DNA from: Chloroflexota bacterium
GTDB taxonomy: Bacteria > Chloroflexota > Limnocylindria > Limnocylindrales > CSP1-4
Assembly: GCA_031373765.1 (NCBI GenBank)
Contig: JANMNF010000024.1
Span: forward strand, 4,780 to 68,779
Length of the DNA stretch: 64,000 nucleotides
Reading direction: 5' to 3'
Notes under the pieces: model-generated
Seen by the model: only the letters and a program-made list of their open reading frames with translations
What the model was told of the DNA's origin: nothing
Database searches by the model: none
Part shown: one piece after another, positions 18,628 through 27,250 of the stretch
Numbering within the stretch: the first letter of the stretch is position 1
Layout of the letters: every line of letters starts with the position of its first letter
Made by a program: the position numbers and the translations under genes

Positions 18628-19269
18628 ATGCGCTCGTCGAGTTCGCGGTTCGCCATTACGATCATCGCCGGCTTGTTCATCATCGCTGGCTGCACGGCGG
18701 CGCCAACCTCGACCACGGACCTGACGGCAACGGGATCCCCAACGGTCGCGACCAACCCGGCGACTGCGAGCCCATCAGCCCCAGCGAGCCCGAGCCCTTC
18801 AGCGACCTCCACCCTGGCCCCCGCGCCGCCGAAGCCCACCCGGGTGACATTCGTGGAGCAGGTGCGAGCGAGCGACGACGGTCTGGTCCTGGACATCACC
18901 CAAACGGTGACGTGGGCATCCCCCTGGAGCGAGGGCGTCGAGGTCCGTGTCTACGGTGTGACTGAATGCATCGCGGAGCCGCCCAATCCATCCCCGGGCA
19001 CGAGTGGGCCTTGCCTGGTCGTGCACACATCGTTGCCGGCATCGATCCGGACGCTGCTCGCCACGGCACCAGCATCCGATGGAACGGTGAGCTGGATGTG
19101 GACGCAAGAAGGCGGCGACTGCGACTTCGGCAACCCCGCCTACGACCGGAACGGGCCCGTATATCGCGCGGTCGTGTTGGCCTCGTATGGAGCGACGGAC
19201 CACTCGATCTTCGTCATCGCAGCGCCTGGCGGATGGTGGCGGCCGGCTCTTGGCGACATCGTCTGCTGA
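18628..19269 (+). CDS. hypothetical lipoprotein (Thr/Pro/Ala-rich linker)
   Basis: Lipobox-type signal peptide MRSSSSRFAITIIAGLFIIAGC followed by a low-complexity TPSA linker and a Cys-containing globular region. No recognisable family. Bracketed by tRNA-Gln and a degenerate copy of its 3' half. Confidence 0.5.
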   Translation: MRSSSSRFAITIIAGLFIIAGCTAAPTSTTDLTATGSPTVATNPATASPSAPASPSPSATSTLAPAPPKPTRVTFVEQVRASDDGLVLDITQTVTWASPWSEGVEVRVYGVTECIAEPPNPSPGTSGPCLVVHTSLPASIRTLLATAPASDGTVSWMWTQEGGDCDFGNPAYDRNGPVYRAVVLASYGATDHSIFVIAAPGGWWRPALGDIVC

Positions 19270-19448
19270 AACCTCACGCGCTTAGCCTGACCCTCGACCG
19301 GCGCCAACGACGCCAGGCGGGGCCCAAATCCTCGAGGGCCAGCCACTCCTCGCCGCGGATCGATCCTCTTGGGCACGCGCCCGAGCGCCACAGGTCCGCC
19401 GACGGCCATCTGGCCGCTCCTATGGCACAATCCGCGGGCTGCAGCCCG

Positions 19449-19525
19449 AGGCGACGTGGTGAAGTGGCTTAACACGGAGGTCTGCAAAACCTCTATTCAG
19501 CGGTTCGAATCCGCTCGTCGCCTCC
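19449..19525 (+). tRNA. tRNA-Cys (anticodon GCA)
   Basis: Acceptor ggcgacg/cgtcgcc, anticodon stem gaggt/acctc, loop ctGCAaa, GGTTCGAATCC T-loop, CCA end. Confidence 0.85.
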
Positions 19526-19596
19526 ATCACACGATCCGCTTTGCCACCACCTCGCGGTGACGGTCCCGGGTGCGGCTGGGTCGACAGGAGACATCG

Positions 19597-20019
19597 ATGA
19601 GGGTGGTCCGGTCGGCTGGGTTCGCGATCGTGGCCTTGGCGCTCGCCGCGTGCGGGACGGTGGTTCCCGACAGACCGGCCGCCGAGGTCTGCGCCGATCA
19701 GGCGACGGAGCAGGGTGGGACGCTCGTGGCGTCCTTCGTCACAACGGTCGGTTCAGTGGTGCGGCTTGCGGCCGAACGTGAATCGCGGGAGGCAGCGGCC
19801 GGTCGTCCGCATCAGGGTGCTCCCAGGCGATTCACCGGACTCAGTCCTGATGGTGCCGCGATCCTGTGCTACTTCGACGACGTGTCGATCGGGATCCCGC
19901 ACCCTTCGGGCGAGCCGGAAGCGAGGCCATGGGACCGCATCGGGGTAGCGGTGGTCGGAGGGACTGCGGACGTAGTCATGGTCGGCTACCGCGAGCAACT
20001 CCCGATCCAGGCGCCCTGA
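19597..20019 (+). CDS. hypothetical small lipoprotein
   Basis: AGGAG Shine-Dalgarno 8 nt upstream of the ATG. Lipobox MRVVRSAGFAIVALALAACG. No family match. Confidence 0.5.
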   Translation: MRVVRSAGFAIVALALAACGTVVPDRPAAEVCADQATEQGGTLVASFVTTVGSVVRLAAERESREAAAGRPHQGAPRRFTGLSPDGAAILCYFDDVSIGIPHPSGEPEARPWDRIGVAVVGGTADVVMVGYREQLPIQAP

Positions 20020-20091
20020 AGCGCGCGTCGCGGTGGGCACTGACAGAAGTGCCCGCTGGACAGCGGCTACGCGGGCAACCATTCTCCATCG

Positions 20092-21195
20092 ATGCGTGCT
20101 CTCACACTCTTGATGTCCACTCTGGGCCGTACGGCAACCCTGGTCGCAACCTTCGCGATCGCGGCAACGACGACGTCGTTCGTGATCGCGTTCGCTGGCG
20201 TCAGCCAGACGATCGTCTTCGCTGCCAGTGCCCTCGCTCTCGCCGCCTGGGCAGTGCTCATCGGGGAAGGGACCGACGAGCTCGGTCACAGATTCGGGCC
20301 GGGAGCGACCGGAATCCTCCAATCGGCCCTCGGCAATCTGCCCGAGTTGTTCATCTCGATCTTCGCGCTGCAGGCTGGTCTCGTCGTCGTCGTCCAGACC
20401 GCTCTCATCGGCTCGATCCTTGCCAATACCTTGCTCGTCCTGGGCCTGGCCTTCGTCGTGGGCGGCCTTCGGCACGGCACCCAGACATTCCACGCGCCGT
20501 CGGTCCGGACCATGGCCACGCTGCTCCTCCTCGCGGTCGCCGCCCTCGCCATTCCGACGCTGGCCACTGCCCCGGGCGCCCCCGATGCGGGCCATGCCAT
20601 CGACCTGAGCGTGATCGTCTCCATCGTCCTTCTGGTCGTCTTCGCCGCCTCGGTTCCGTTCTCACTCGGAGGCGGCCCGGGTGCGAGCGTCGGCGACGGC
20701 TGGCCCGCTTCTGGTCCTGCCTGGCCATTGCCGCTGGCGATCGGTGTCCTCGTCCTTGGCGGTGTCGGTGCGGCCCTCACGTCCGATCTGTTCGTCGAGG
20801 CGCTCAAGCCGACGATGGCGAGCCTTGGTTGGTCAGAGGCGTTCGCGGGCCTCGTTGTCGTGGCGATCGCGGGCAATGCGGTCGAGAACATCGTCGGGAT
20901 CAAGGCCGCTGCGGCCAACAAGATGGACTTGGCGACGAGCCTGATCCTCAACAGCAGCCTCCAGGTCGCGATCGCCCTGACGCCGGCGCTCGTCCTGATC
21001 TCGCTGTTCATCGGCGGTGGCGCCCTGACCCTGGTGCTGAGCCCGCTTCTGCTCGGCGCCGTGTTCCTCGCCACGCTCATAGCGGCCCTGATCGTCTTCG
21101 ATGGCGAGAGCAACTGGTTGGAGGGACTGGCCCTCCTCGGCCTGTACGTCATCATCGCGGCGAGTGTCTGGTTTGGGCCGCCGATCCGGATCTGA
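20092..21195 (+). CDS. Ca2+/H+ antiporter (CaCA family, ChaA/CAX-like)
   Basis: About 11 TM segments with two alpha-repeat GNxPE-type motifs (GNLPELFISIFALQAG; GNAVENIVGIKAA). Confidence 0.7.
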   Translation: MRALTLLMSTLGRTATLVATFAIAATTTSFVIAFAGVSQTIVFAASALALAAWAVLIGEGTDELGHRFGPGATGILQSALGNLPELFISIFALQAGLVVVVQTALIGSILANTLLVLGLAFVVGGLRHGTQTFHAPSVRTMATLLLLAVAALAIPTLATAPGAPDAGHAIDLSVIVSIVLLVVFAASVPFSLGGGPGASVGDGWPASGPAWPLPLAIGVLVLGGVGAALTSDLFVEALKPTMASLGWSEAFAGLVVVAIAGNAVENIVGIKAAAANKMDLATSLILNSSLQVAIALTPALVLISLFIGGGALTLVLSPLLLGAVFLATLIAALIVFDGESNWLEGLALLGLYVIIAASVWFGPPIRI

Positions 21196-21270
21196 CCCGG
21201 GCATGGACCGCACTCCGCCAAAACCGACGCGATGACGCCTTGCATCGCCCGCTCGCGGTAGGCTGACCCC

Positions 21271-21768
21271 ATGCGCTCGCCACGGGTTCCGGTCAGGCTC
21301 GAGCCGCTCGACGTCAGGATCACCGCGACGCTGGCGCGTTGGGGCGTGCCGGTCCTGCGCTTCGGCCTCGGCATCGTCTTCCTGTGGTTCGGGGCGCTGA
21401 AGTTCTTCCCGGGTGCCAGCCCGGCCGAGGCGCTCGCAGCGCGGACCATCGAGGTCATGAGCTTCGGTTTGATCGGGCCGGCCGTTTCGCTGCCGGTTCT
21501 GGCTGCCTGGGAGAGCCTGATCGGGATCGGATTGCTCACGGGGCGCTACCTTCGGGCGACGCTCTTCCTCCTGGCGCTCCAGATGCTCGGGACGCTGACC
21601 CCGCTCCTGTTCTTCCCGGCCGAAACCTTCTCGATCTTCCCTTACGCGCCGAGCTTGGAGGGCCAGTACATCATCAAGAACGTCGTCCTGATCGGCGCGG
21701 CGATGGTGGTCGGGGCCACCGTGCGCGGTGGCCGACTGGAACCGGATCCGCGCGACGCATCCGTCTGA
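21271..21768 (+). CDS. DoxX/DUF417 (YkgB-like) family membrane protein
   Basis: Four predicted TM helices. The LRFGLGIVFLWFGALKFF motif is typical of DoxX/DUF417. Confidence 0.5.
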   Translation: MRSPRVPVRLEPLDVRITATLARWGVPVLRFGLGIVFLWFGALKFFPGASPAEALAARTIEVMSFGLIGPAVSLPVLAAWESLIGIGLLTGRYLRATLFLLALQMLGTLTPLLFFPAETFSIFPYAPSLEGQYIIKNVVLIGAAMVVGATVRGGRLEPDPRDASV

Positions 21769-21787
21769 CGTTCGGTACGCTGCGCGA

Positions 21788-21873
21788 GCCGGAGTGGCGG
21801 AAGGGCAGACGCAGCCGACTTAAAATCGGCAGCCCGCAAGGGCGTGGGAGTTCGAATCTCCTCTCCGGCACCA
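21788..21873 (+). tRNA. tRNA-Leu (anticodon TAA)
   Basis: Acceptor gccggag/ctccggc, anticodon stem gccga/tcggc, loop ctTAAaa, long variable arm, CCA end. Confidence 0.85.
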
Positions 21874-22117
21874 GCGCAGGCAGGGACGTGGTGGCAACCG
21901 GCGTATCGAACCGATACCGCGACGGCCCCAGCCGGCTAGATCCGAGGCCGTCGATCCCGCACGACGTGGGCGAGGCGGCAAGGCTGATGGGCATCTCCGA
22001 ACGACCCAGGATGGGCACGCTCACGCGGGCCTCCGCAAAGGCTGGAGACAGGTTCGGGACGTAACAGGACGTGAGCCCGGGCGTCTCCACCGGTAACACC
22101 GGCCACAAGGAGATGAG

Positions 22118-23734
22118 ATGCACGCACGCCTCGCGACCACGAGCATCGCCGGCCTCTTCTTCGCGGCCGCCTGCGTGTCAGCCGCGACCCACGTACCGGC
22201 GACATCCACGCCAACGAGCCCGGCAGCGTCGCTGCCCGCGAGTCCAGCCCCGACCCCGCTCACGACTCCGCCGCTCGCGACTCCAGGCAGCGGCGTGCAG
22301 GGGCGGTGGACCGCAACCGGGAGCATGGTCACGCCCCACGCCTTCCAGGCGGCCACGCGGTTGCGTGATGGCAAGGTGCTTGTGACGGGCGGCCTCATCA
22401 ACGATCGCCTGGACGGAAAGGTTTCCGCCGCCGCCGAACTGTACGACCCGGGCAGCGGGACGTGGTCGATGACCAAGGCGATGAGTAAGGCTCGCTGGGG
22501 TCAAACGGCGACCCTGTTGCCCGATGGCAAGGTCCTCGTGGCGGGCAGCTACCGCAACAGCAGTGATCCGCTGGCCTCGGCAGAGCTGTATGACCCGAGC
22601 CGTGGGATCTGGACCGACACCGGGACCATGACCAGGGGACGCGGCGGTCATACCGCCACGCTATTGCCAGACGGCAGAGTGCTGGTGGTCGGCGGCGGCG
22701 CCGAGGACAACTCGCTGGAAGGAGGTCCTCGAAGCGCCTCCGCCGAGCTGTACGACCCGGGCAGCGGAAGATGGACCGCAACCGGGAGCATGATCGAGGC
22801 CCGCCAGGGCTTCACCGCGACGCTGCTACCCGACGGTACCGTGCTCGTGGCGGGCGGCGACGGCAGCTTCACGGCTGCCGAGCTGTACGACCCACGTCGC
22901 GGGACATGGACCGTGACCGGGAGCATGGCCGACGGTCGCTTCGGCCACACCGCGACGCTGCTCCCTGACGGCTCGGTACTCGTGGCGGGCGGTTGCGCTT
23001 GCAGCGAACCCGGCGCGTGGGCCTCGGCCGAGCTGTACGACCCGAGCAGCGGGACATGGACCGGCACCGGGAGCATGGGCACAGCTCGCATCTTCCATAC
23101 CGCCACCATGCTCGAGGACGGCAGGGTTCTTGTGGTCAACGACGGCCAAGCGGGCGACAGGCCGACCTCGGCCGAGGTGTACGACCCGAAGAGTGGTATG
23201 TGGGCCGCTACCGCTAGCCCGGCCCGGGGCCGAGTCGGCTATACGGCCACGCTCCTGCTCGACGGCCAGGTGCTCGTTGCAGGCGACTACGACTACCCGA
23301 GTCAGGCCTCTGCAGAGTTGTACGACCCGGAGCTGCGCTTGATCGACCTGGCTGCGGTGATTGGCGTTGCGGAAGCAGATCGCTTCGAGACCTTCGGTGA
23401 CAAGTCCATCCTCCTCGAACACGTCTGGTCTCCCAAGGATGTGGGTCTTGGGGGTGCGTGCGGACCTGCCAACGTCCCCTGGCTCGAATGTCTCAACGTC
23501 CCGAATTGGATGATCCAGCCCGTCGGGGACGACGCCGGATGCCCGGCGACGGGGTCCTGCTACGACGGCGCGCGTCTGGGCATCCTGTACGAGCCGAGCC
23601 TCGGTGAGCGTCTTGGTCCAGGCGATGGGCCCGTGGACGTGATCGGCCACTTCGGCGATCCGGCCTCGCAGAGTTGCCGTCCGGAGAACCGCGCTGCGTG
23701 TCAGGATCGGTTCGTGGCCACGGCGATCGAGTAG
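22118..23734 (+). CDS. Kelch-repeat / galactose-oxidase-like beta-propeller lipoprotein
   Basis: AGGAG Shine-Dalgarno. Lipobox MHARLATTSIAGLFFAAAC. At least nine tandem ~50-aa repeats of the form …HTATLLPDG.VLVAGG…SAELYDP.SGTWT.TGSM…. Confidence 0.65.
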   Translation: MHARLATTSIAGLFFAAACVSAATHVPATSTPTSPAASLPASPAPTPLTTPPLATPGSGVQGRWTATGSMVTPHAFQAATRLRDGKVLVTGGLINDRLDGKVSAAAELYDPGSGTWSMTKAMSKARWGQTATLLPDGKVLVAGSYRNSSDPLASAELYDPSRGIWTDTGTMTRGRGGHTATLLPDGRVLVVGGGAEDNSLEGGPRSASAELYDPGSGRWTATGSMIEARQGFTATLLPDGTVLVAGGDGSFTAAELYDPRRGTWTVTGSMADGRFGHTATLLPDGSVLVAGGCACSEPGAWASAELYDPSSGTWTGTGSMGTARIFHTATMLEDGRVLVVNDGQAGDRPTSAEVYDPKSGMWAATASPARGRVGYTATLLLDGQVLVAGDYDYPSQASAELYDPELRLIDLAAVIGVAEADRFETFGDKSILLEHVWSPKDVGLGGACGPANVPWLECLNVPNWMIQPVGDDAGCPATGSCYDGARLGILYEPSLGERLGPGDGPVDVIGHFGDPASQSCRPENRAACQDRFVATAIE

Positions 23735-23875
23735 GCGGGGCGCGAGCCCGGGGTCGCAAGAGACCGGCGGGTCCGGACAGTGATCCTGCGCAAACGACCC
23801 GCCGAGCCGGAGCGTCTGGACGCCGGTTGGCCGACCTAGCGTCGATGGTTGGCGGGTGTCCCGTCGGCTGTCCGT

Positions 23876-24574
23876 ATGCCAAGATGCGGCATGGCCGTCC
23901 ACACCGTCGTCGAACACGGTCCAAAGGATAAGCGGTCGGTGGCGTTTGCCAGCGACTGGCCGGGATGGAGCAGGGGCGCGAAGAGCAGCGCGCTCGCCCT
24001 CGGGATTCTTGAGTCGTATCGGCCGCGCTATCGGCCCGTCGCGCGGCTCGCCGGGATGGAGCGCGAATTCGACGCCGCGGGCCCGCTCGTCGTGGTGGAA
24101 GACAAAGTCGGAACCGGATCAACCGACTTCTGGGCCATCTCCTTCTCGCCGTCCGCGACCGAGCGAGGGCCGCTGAGCGAAGCGGACCTCGAGCGCGGGC
24201 TCACGCTGTTGCAGGCCTGCTGGTCTTTCTTCGACGGCGTCGCGGCCCGAGTCTCGCCGGAGATGCGCAAGGGTCCGCGCGGGGGAGGGCGCGACCGCAA
24301 CCGGATCATCCGCCATACCATCCGCACCGAGAGCGAGGACTTCGCCAAGCAGGTGGGTCTGCGGATGCCGGAGGAGGCAGCACTCAGTCCCGAGGGACTG
24401 CGCCAGCACCGGGAGGCCTATCTGAACGCGATGCGCGCGTACAACGCCGGGGAGGTCGAGCGGCCCATGCGGTCCTGGACACTGCCCTTCCTGATCCGTC
24501 ACTCGGGCTTCCACACGCTCGACCACGCGTGGGAGATGGAAGACAAGGACCTGTCAACCGAAGAAGGGGCCTGA
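23876..24574 (+). CDS. hypothetical protein (possible DinB/YfiT-like four-helix-bundle fold)
   Basis: An ORF of ~232 aa. The C-terminal H..xLxHxxxHAWEM pattern is weakly reminiscent of DinB_2. Start uncertain (TTG 23849, ATG 23876 or ATG 23891). Confidence 0.35.
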   Translation: MPRCGMAVHTVVEHGPKDKRSVAFASDWPGWSRGAKSSALALGILESYRPRYRPVARLAGMEREFDAAGPLVVVEDKVGTGSTDFWAISFSPSATERGPLSEADLERGLTLLQACWSFFDGVAARVSPEMRKGPRGGGRDRNRIIRHTIRTESEDFAKQVGLRMPEEAALSPEGLRQHREAYLNAMRAYNAGEVERPMRSWTLPFLIRHSGFHTLDHAWEMEDKDLSTEEGA

Positions 24575-24616
24575 GCATCGGATCTGGGGGCTGGCGCTAT
24601 CTGGGGCCTGAACGGA

Positions 24617-25882
24617 TCAACCTCGGCCGAACAACCCCGCGAGACCCTTGGACTTGCGCTCGATCGTGGTGTTGGCCGATGACATGCCGGCTAGCCGGGC
24701 GGCGAACCTGCCGAGTTGCTGAGCCGCCGCGCTCTTCGGTGCGCCGATGACGACTGGGACGCCCTCATTGACGCTCTTGAGAAAGGCAAAGGCGTCGTAG
24801 GGGATCGTCAGCGCAACTTTCGTGCCGAGCGCCTCTTCGATGTCCGGGAGCCGCAGCAACTCGCGCGCGAAGATCTCGTTGAGGACATAGGAAACCTCGG
24901 CCGTTCCCTGCGCATCGTTCGCCAGGAGTACACCGAACGCATGAACGGCCTTGATCGCTGGGAACTCGGGCGTCAGGACGACGATCAGGTCGGTCGCCTG
25001 GGTCAGCGCAGTCTCCGTACCGGCATCAATTGAGGAGCCGGCGTCGACCACCACGAACTGAAACGCCTTGGACGCGGTCGTCAGCAGGGTCTTGACGGTG
25101 GCTTCGGCCAGTTCCGTGGATGTCAGCTCGGCAGATCCGGCGAGCACCTGGAGTCCGGAACTGTGACGCTCCAGCGCGGCCGTGAACAGGCCGGGCTCCC
25201 GCAGGGTCGCCTCATCCTCCGCGACTTGATGGATCGTCTGTCGTGGCGTGACGTTGAGATGCGTCGCGACCTGACCGAACTGGGTATCGAGGTCGATGAT
25301 CACGGTCGAGTCGGCTACCTGCGAGGCCAGCCACGTCGCCAGGTTGACGGCAATCGTGGTCGTACCCGCGCCACCCTTGGGCGAGAAGACGGCAATCACT
25401 CGGCGCTGGCTCCCGTCCCGAATCGAGGTCTCCTCGTGGTCGGACGGGTTCAGATCCCGAGATCGTCGCAGTCGGACCGCCAGAGCCTCGACTCGCGCGT
25501 CGAGCTCGCGAGGGTCGAATGGACGGCCGATGACGTCGTCCGCATTCGCTTCGAGCAATTCGATCCGGTCCTCGATGTCCTCCGAGTCGGTGATCGACAG
25601 GATTGGCAGGCCCCCGATCTCCGCCGAGGCGCGGGCGTGACCACACACCGCGATCGAGTCAGCCACAGCCCCAACGAGATCGAGGACGATGACCTCGGCA
25701 TTGGTCGCGCTCGTGCCCGAGGCGATGGCTTCGTCGACGTTCGCAACGGCGAGGACATCGTGACCGGATGCCCGGAGCGCGTCGGCGACCGCTGCGGTCG
25801 GGGCGTTGGAAATCAGCAGGATTCGGCTGGTGGCCAAGGGTGACCTCGGTGGGTGGTTCGGGGCTGGGCCGGGGAGACCCAC
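24617..25882 (-). CDS. orphan pseudo-receiver + CpaE/TadZ-like ParA/MinD-family ATPase
   Basis: N-terminal REC-like fold in which the acidic pocket is degenerate (ILLISNAP replaces the DD pair) while the phospho-acceptor position is retained (VIVLDLV). C-terminal deviant Walker A VIAVFSPKGGAGTTTIAVNLA typical of CpaE/TadZ (AAA_31). No other tad/cpa genes nearby. Confidence 0.65.
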   Translation of the reverse strand: MGLPGPAPNHPPRSPLATSRILLISNAPTAAVADALRASGHDVLAVANVDEAIASGTSATNAEVIVLDLVGAVADSIAVCGHARASAEIGGLPILSITDSEDIEDRIELLEANADDVIGRPFDPRELDARVEALAVRLRRSRDLNPSDHEETSIRDGSQRRVIAVFSPKGGAGTTTIAVNLATWLASQVADSTVIIDLDTQFGQVATHLNVTPRQTIHQVAEDEATLREPGLFTAALERHSSGLQVLAGSAELTSTELAEATVKTLLTTASKAFQFVVVDAGSSIDAGTETALTQATDLIVVLTPEFPAIKAVHAFGVLLANDAQGTAEVSYVLNEIFARELLRLPDIEEALGTKVALTIPYDAFAFLKSVNEGVPVVIGAPKSAAAQQLGRFAARLAGMSSANTTIERKSKGLAGLFGRG

Positions 25883-25990
25883 GGCTCAAGAGAATACATC
25901 GGCGGATCGCATGGTAGACTCCCGGCCCACCTTTCCGCTCCGCATCCGGTTGGATAGCAGGGCATCCCCATTGGAAGGAGAAAACGGCCC

Positions 25991-26416
25991 ATGCGCCGAT
26001 ATGAACTCATGCTCGTGCTCCGTCCCGACGCGTCGGACGAGCGCATCGCTGCGATCGTGGATCGCACCACCCGCCAGATCACGACGGATGGCGGCCAGAT
26101 CATCAAGGTCGCTCCGTGGGGCAGACGACGGCTGGCCTACCCGATCGATCGGCACCGCGAAGGTTCCTACCACATCATCCTGTTCGAGGGCGCCGCGGGC
26201 ACCATCGCCGAGATCGAGCGAACGCTCATGATCACGGAAGAGGTCATGCGCCACCTGCTCGTTCGCCAGGAGCGTCCGGTCCGTGCCCTCCGCGAGGATG
26301 GGACCGAGGACTCGGATGACACCGATCTCCCGTCCGCCGAGGATGAGGATGACGACGACGGGACCGAACGGATCGACGAATCCGAGAGCGAGGCGGCTCC
26401 GGCCGCCATCGACTGA
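25991..26416 (+). CDS. rpsF: 30S ribosomal protein S6
   Basis: MRRYELMLVLRPD start with an acidic C-terminal tail. Sits in the rpsF-ssb-rpsR order. Confidence 0.9.
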   Translation: MRRYELMLVLRPDASDERIAAIVDRTTRQITTDGGQIIKVAPWGRRRLAYPIDRHREGSYHIILFEGAAGTIAEIERTLMITEEVMRHLLVRQERPVRALREDGTEDSDDTDLPSAEDEDDDDGTERIDESESEAAPAAID

Positions 26417-26427
26417 GAGGAATTCCG

Positions 26428-26886
26428 ATGGCGCTTTGCAAGATCCAGATCATCGGCAATCTCGGGCGTGACCCGGAACTTCGCTATACACCCAGTGGAC
26501 GTCCGGTTGCGACATTCAGCGTGGCCGTCAACCAGGCGACCAAGAACCAGCAGAGCGGCGAGTGGGTCGAGGCGACCGACTGGTTCCGCGTCAGCGTGTG
26601 GGGCGATCGCGCGGAGCGCGCGGCCGAGAACCTGCGCAAGGGGAGCCGCGTCTTCGTCGACGGTCGGTTCCGGACGCGGGAGTACGAGACGAATGACGGG
26701 CGCAAGGGCATGTCCCTCGACGTGAGCGCCGACAACGTCATGGGCCTCGACAAGCGCGACCAGGAGGGTGGCTTCTCCGGAGCACCCGGCGCAGCGGGTG
26801 CCCAGGGTGGAACCGCTGGTGCCGCCGGCGGCCCGCCATCGGGCGGCGGCTACGACGACACCGAGATCGACGAACTTCCCTTCTGA
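26428..26886 (+). CDS. ssb: single-stranded DNA-binding protein
   Basis: OB-fold N-terminus (IIGNLGRDPELRYTPSG), Gly-rich linker and an acidic DDTEIDELPF tail. Confidence 0.9.
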   Translation: MALCKIQIIGNLGRDPELRYTPSGRPVATFSVAVNQATKNQQSGEWVEATDWFRVSVWGDRAERAAENLRKGSRVFVDGRFRTREYETNDGRKGMSLDVSADNVMGLDKRDQEGGFSGAPGAAGAQGGTAGAAGGPPSGGGYDDTEIDELPF

Positions 26887-26939
26887 CCTTCATCTGACCA
26901 TCAGGCGCCCGTTCGCGGGCGCCGCGAGGAGACCAGCAC

Positions 26940-27203
26940 ATGCCAGCACCACGCTCACGCAAGAAGGATGATTACCGGGACCGCCGCCGCCGAAAGGTGT
27001 GCACGTTCTGCGCCGACAAGACCGGCGTGATCGATTACAAGGAGGTCAACCGCCTCCGCCGGTTCCTGTCCGAGCGAGCGAAGATCGAGCCGCGACGCAA
27101 GACGGGTACGTGTGCCGGTCACCAGCGCGAGCTGTCCGTCGCCCTCAAGCGCGCGCGGATCGTGGCGCTCCTGCCGTACGCCCCGCAGCACCTGCGCCCA
27201 TAG
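26940..27203 (+). CDS. rpsR: 30S ribosomal protein S18
   Basis: [29 protein letters not shown] signature of S18. Confidence 0.9.
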   Translation: MPAPRSRKKDDYRDRRRRKVCTFCADKTGVIDYKEVNRLRRFLSERAKIEPRRKTGTCAGHQRELSVALKRARIVALLPYAPQHLRP

Positions 27204-27250
27204 GCAGGTCGTGGGCATCCGTCCCATGACCTCGCCAGCCGTCTGATCGA

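Noticed and set aside
23674-23931. 85-aa ORF overlapping the start region of the DinB-like hypothetical protein.
   Set aside because: It runs in a different frame from the longer ORF. Its product is Arg-rich and low-complexity and it has no upstream ribosome-binding site.
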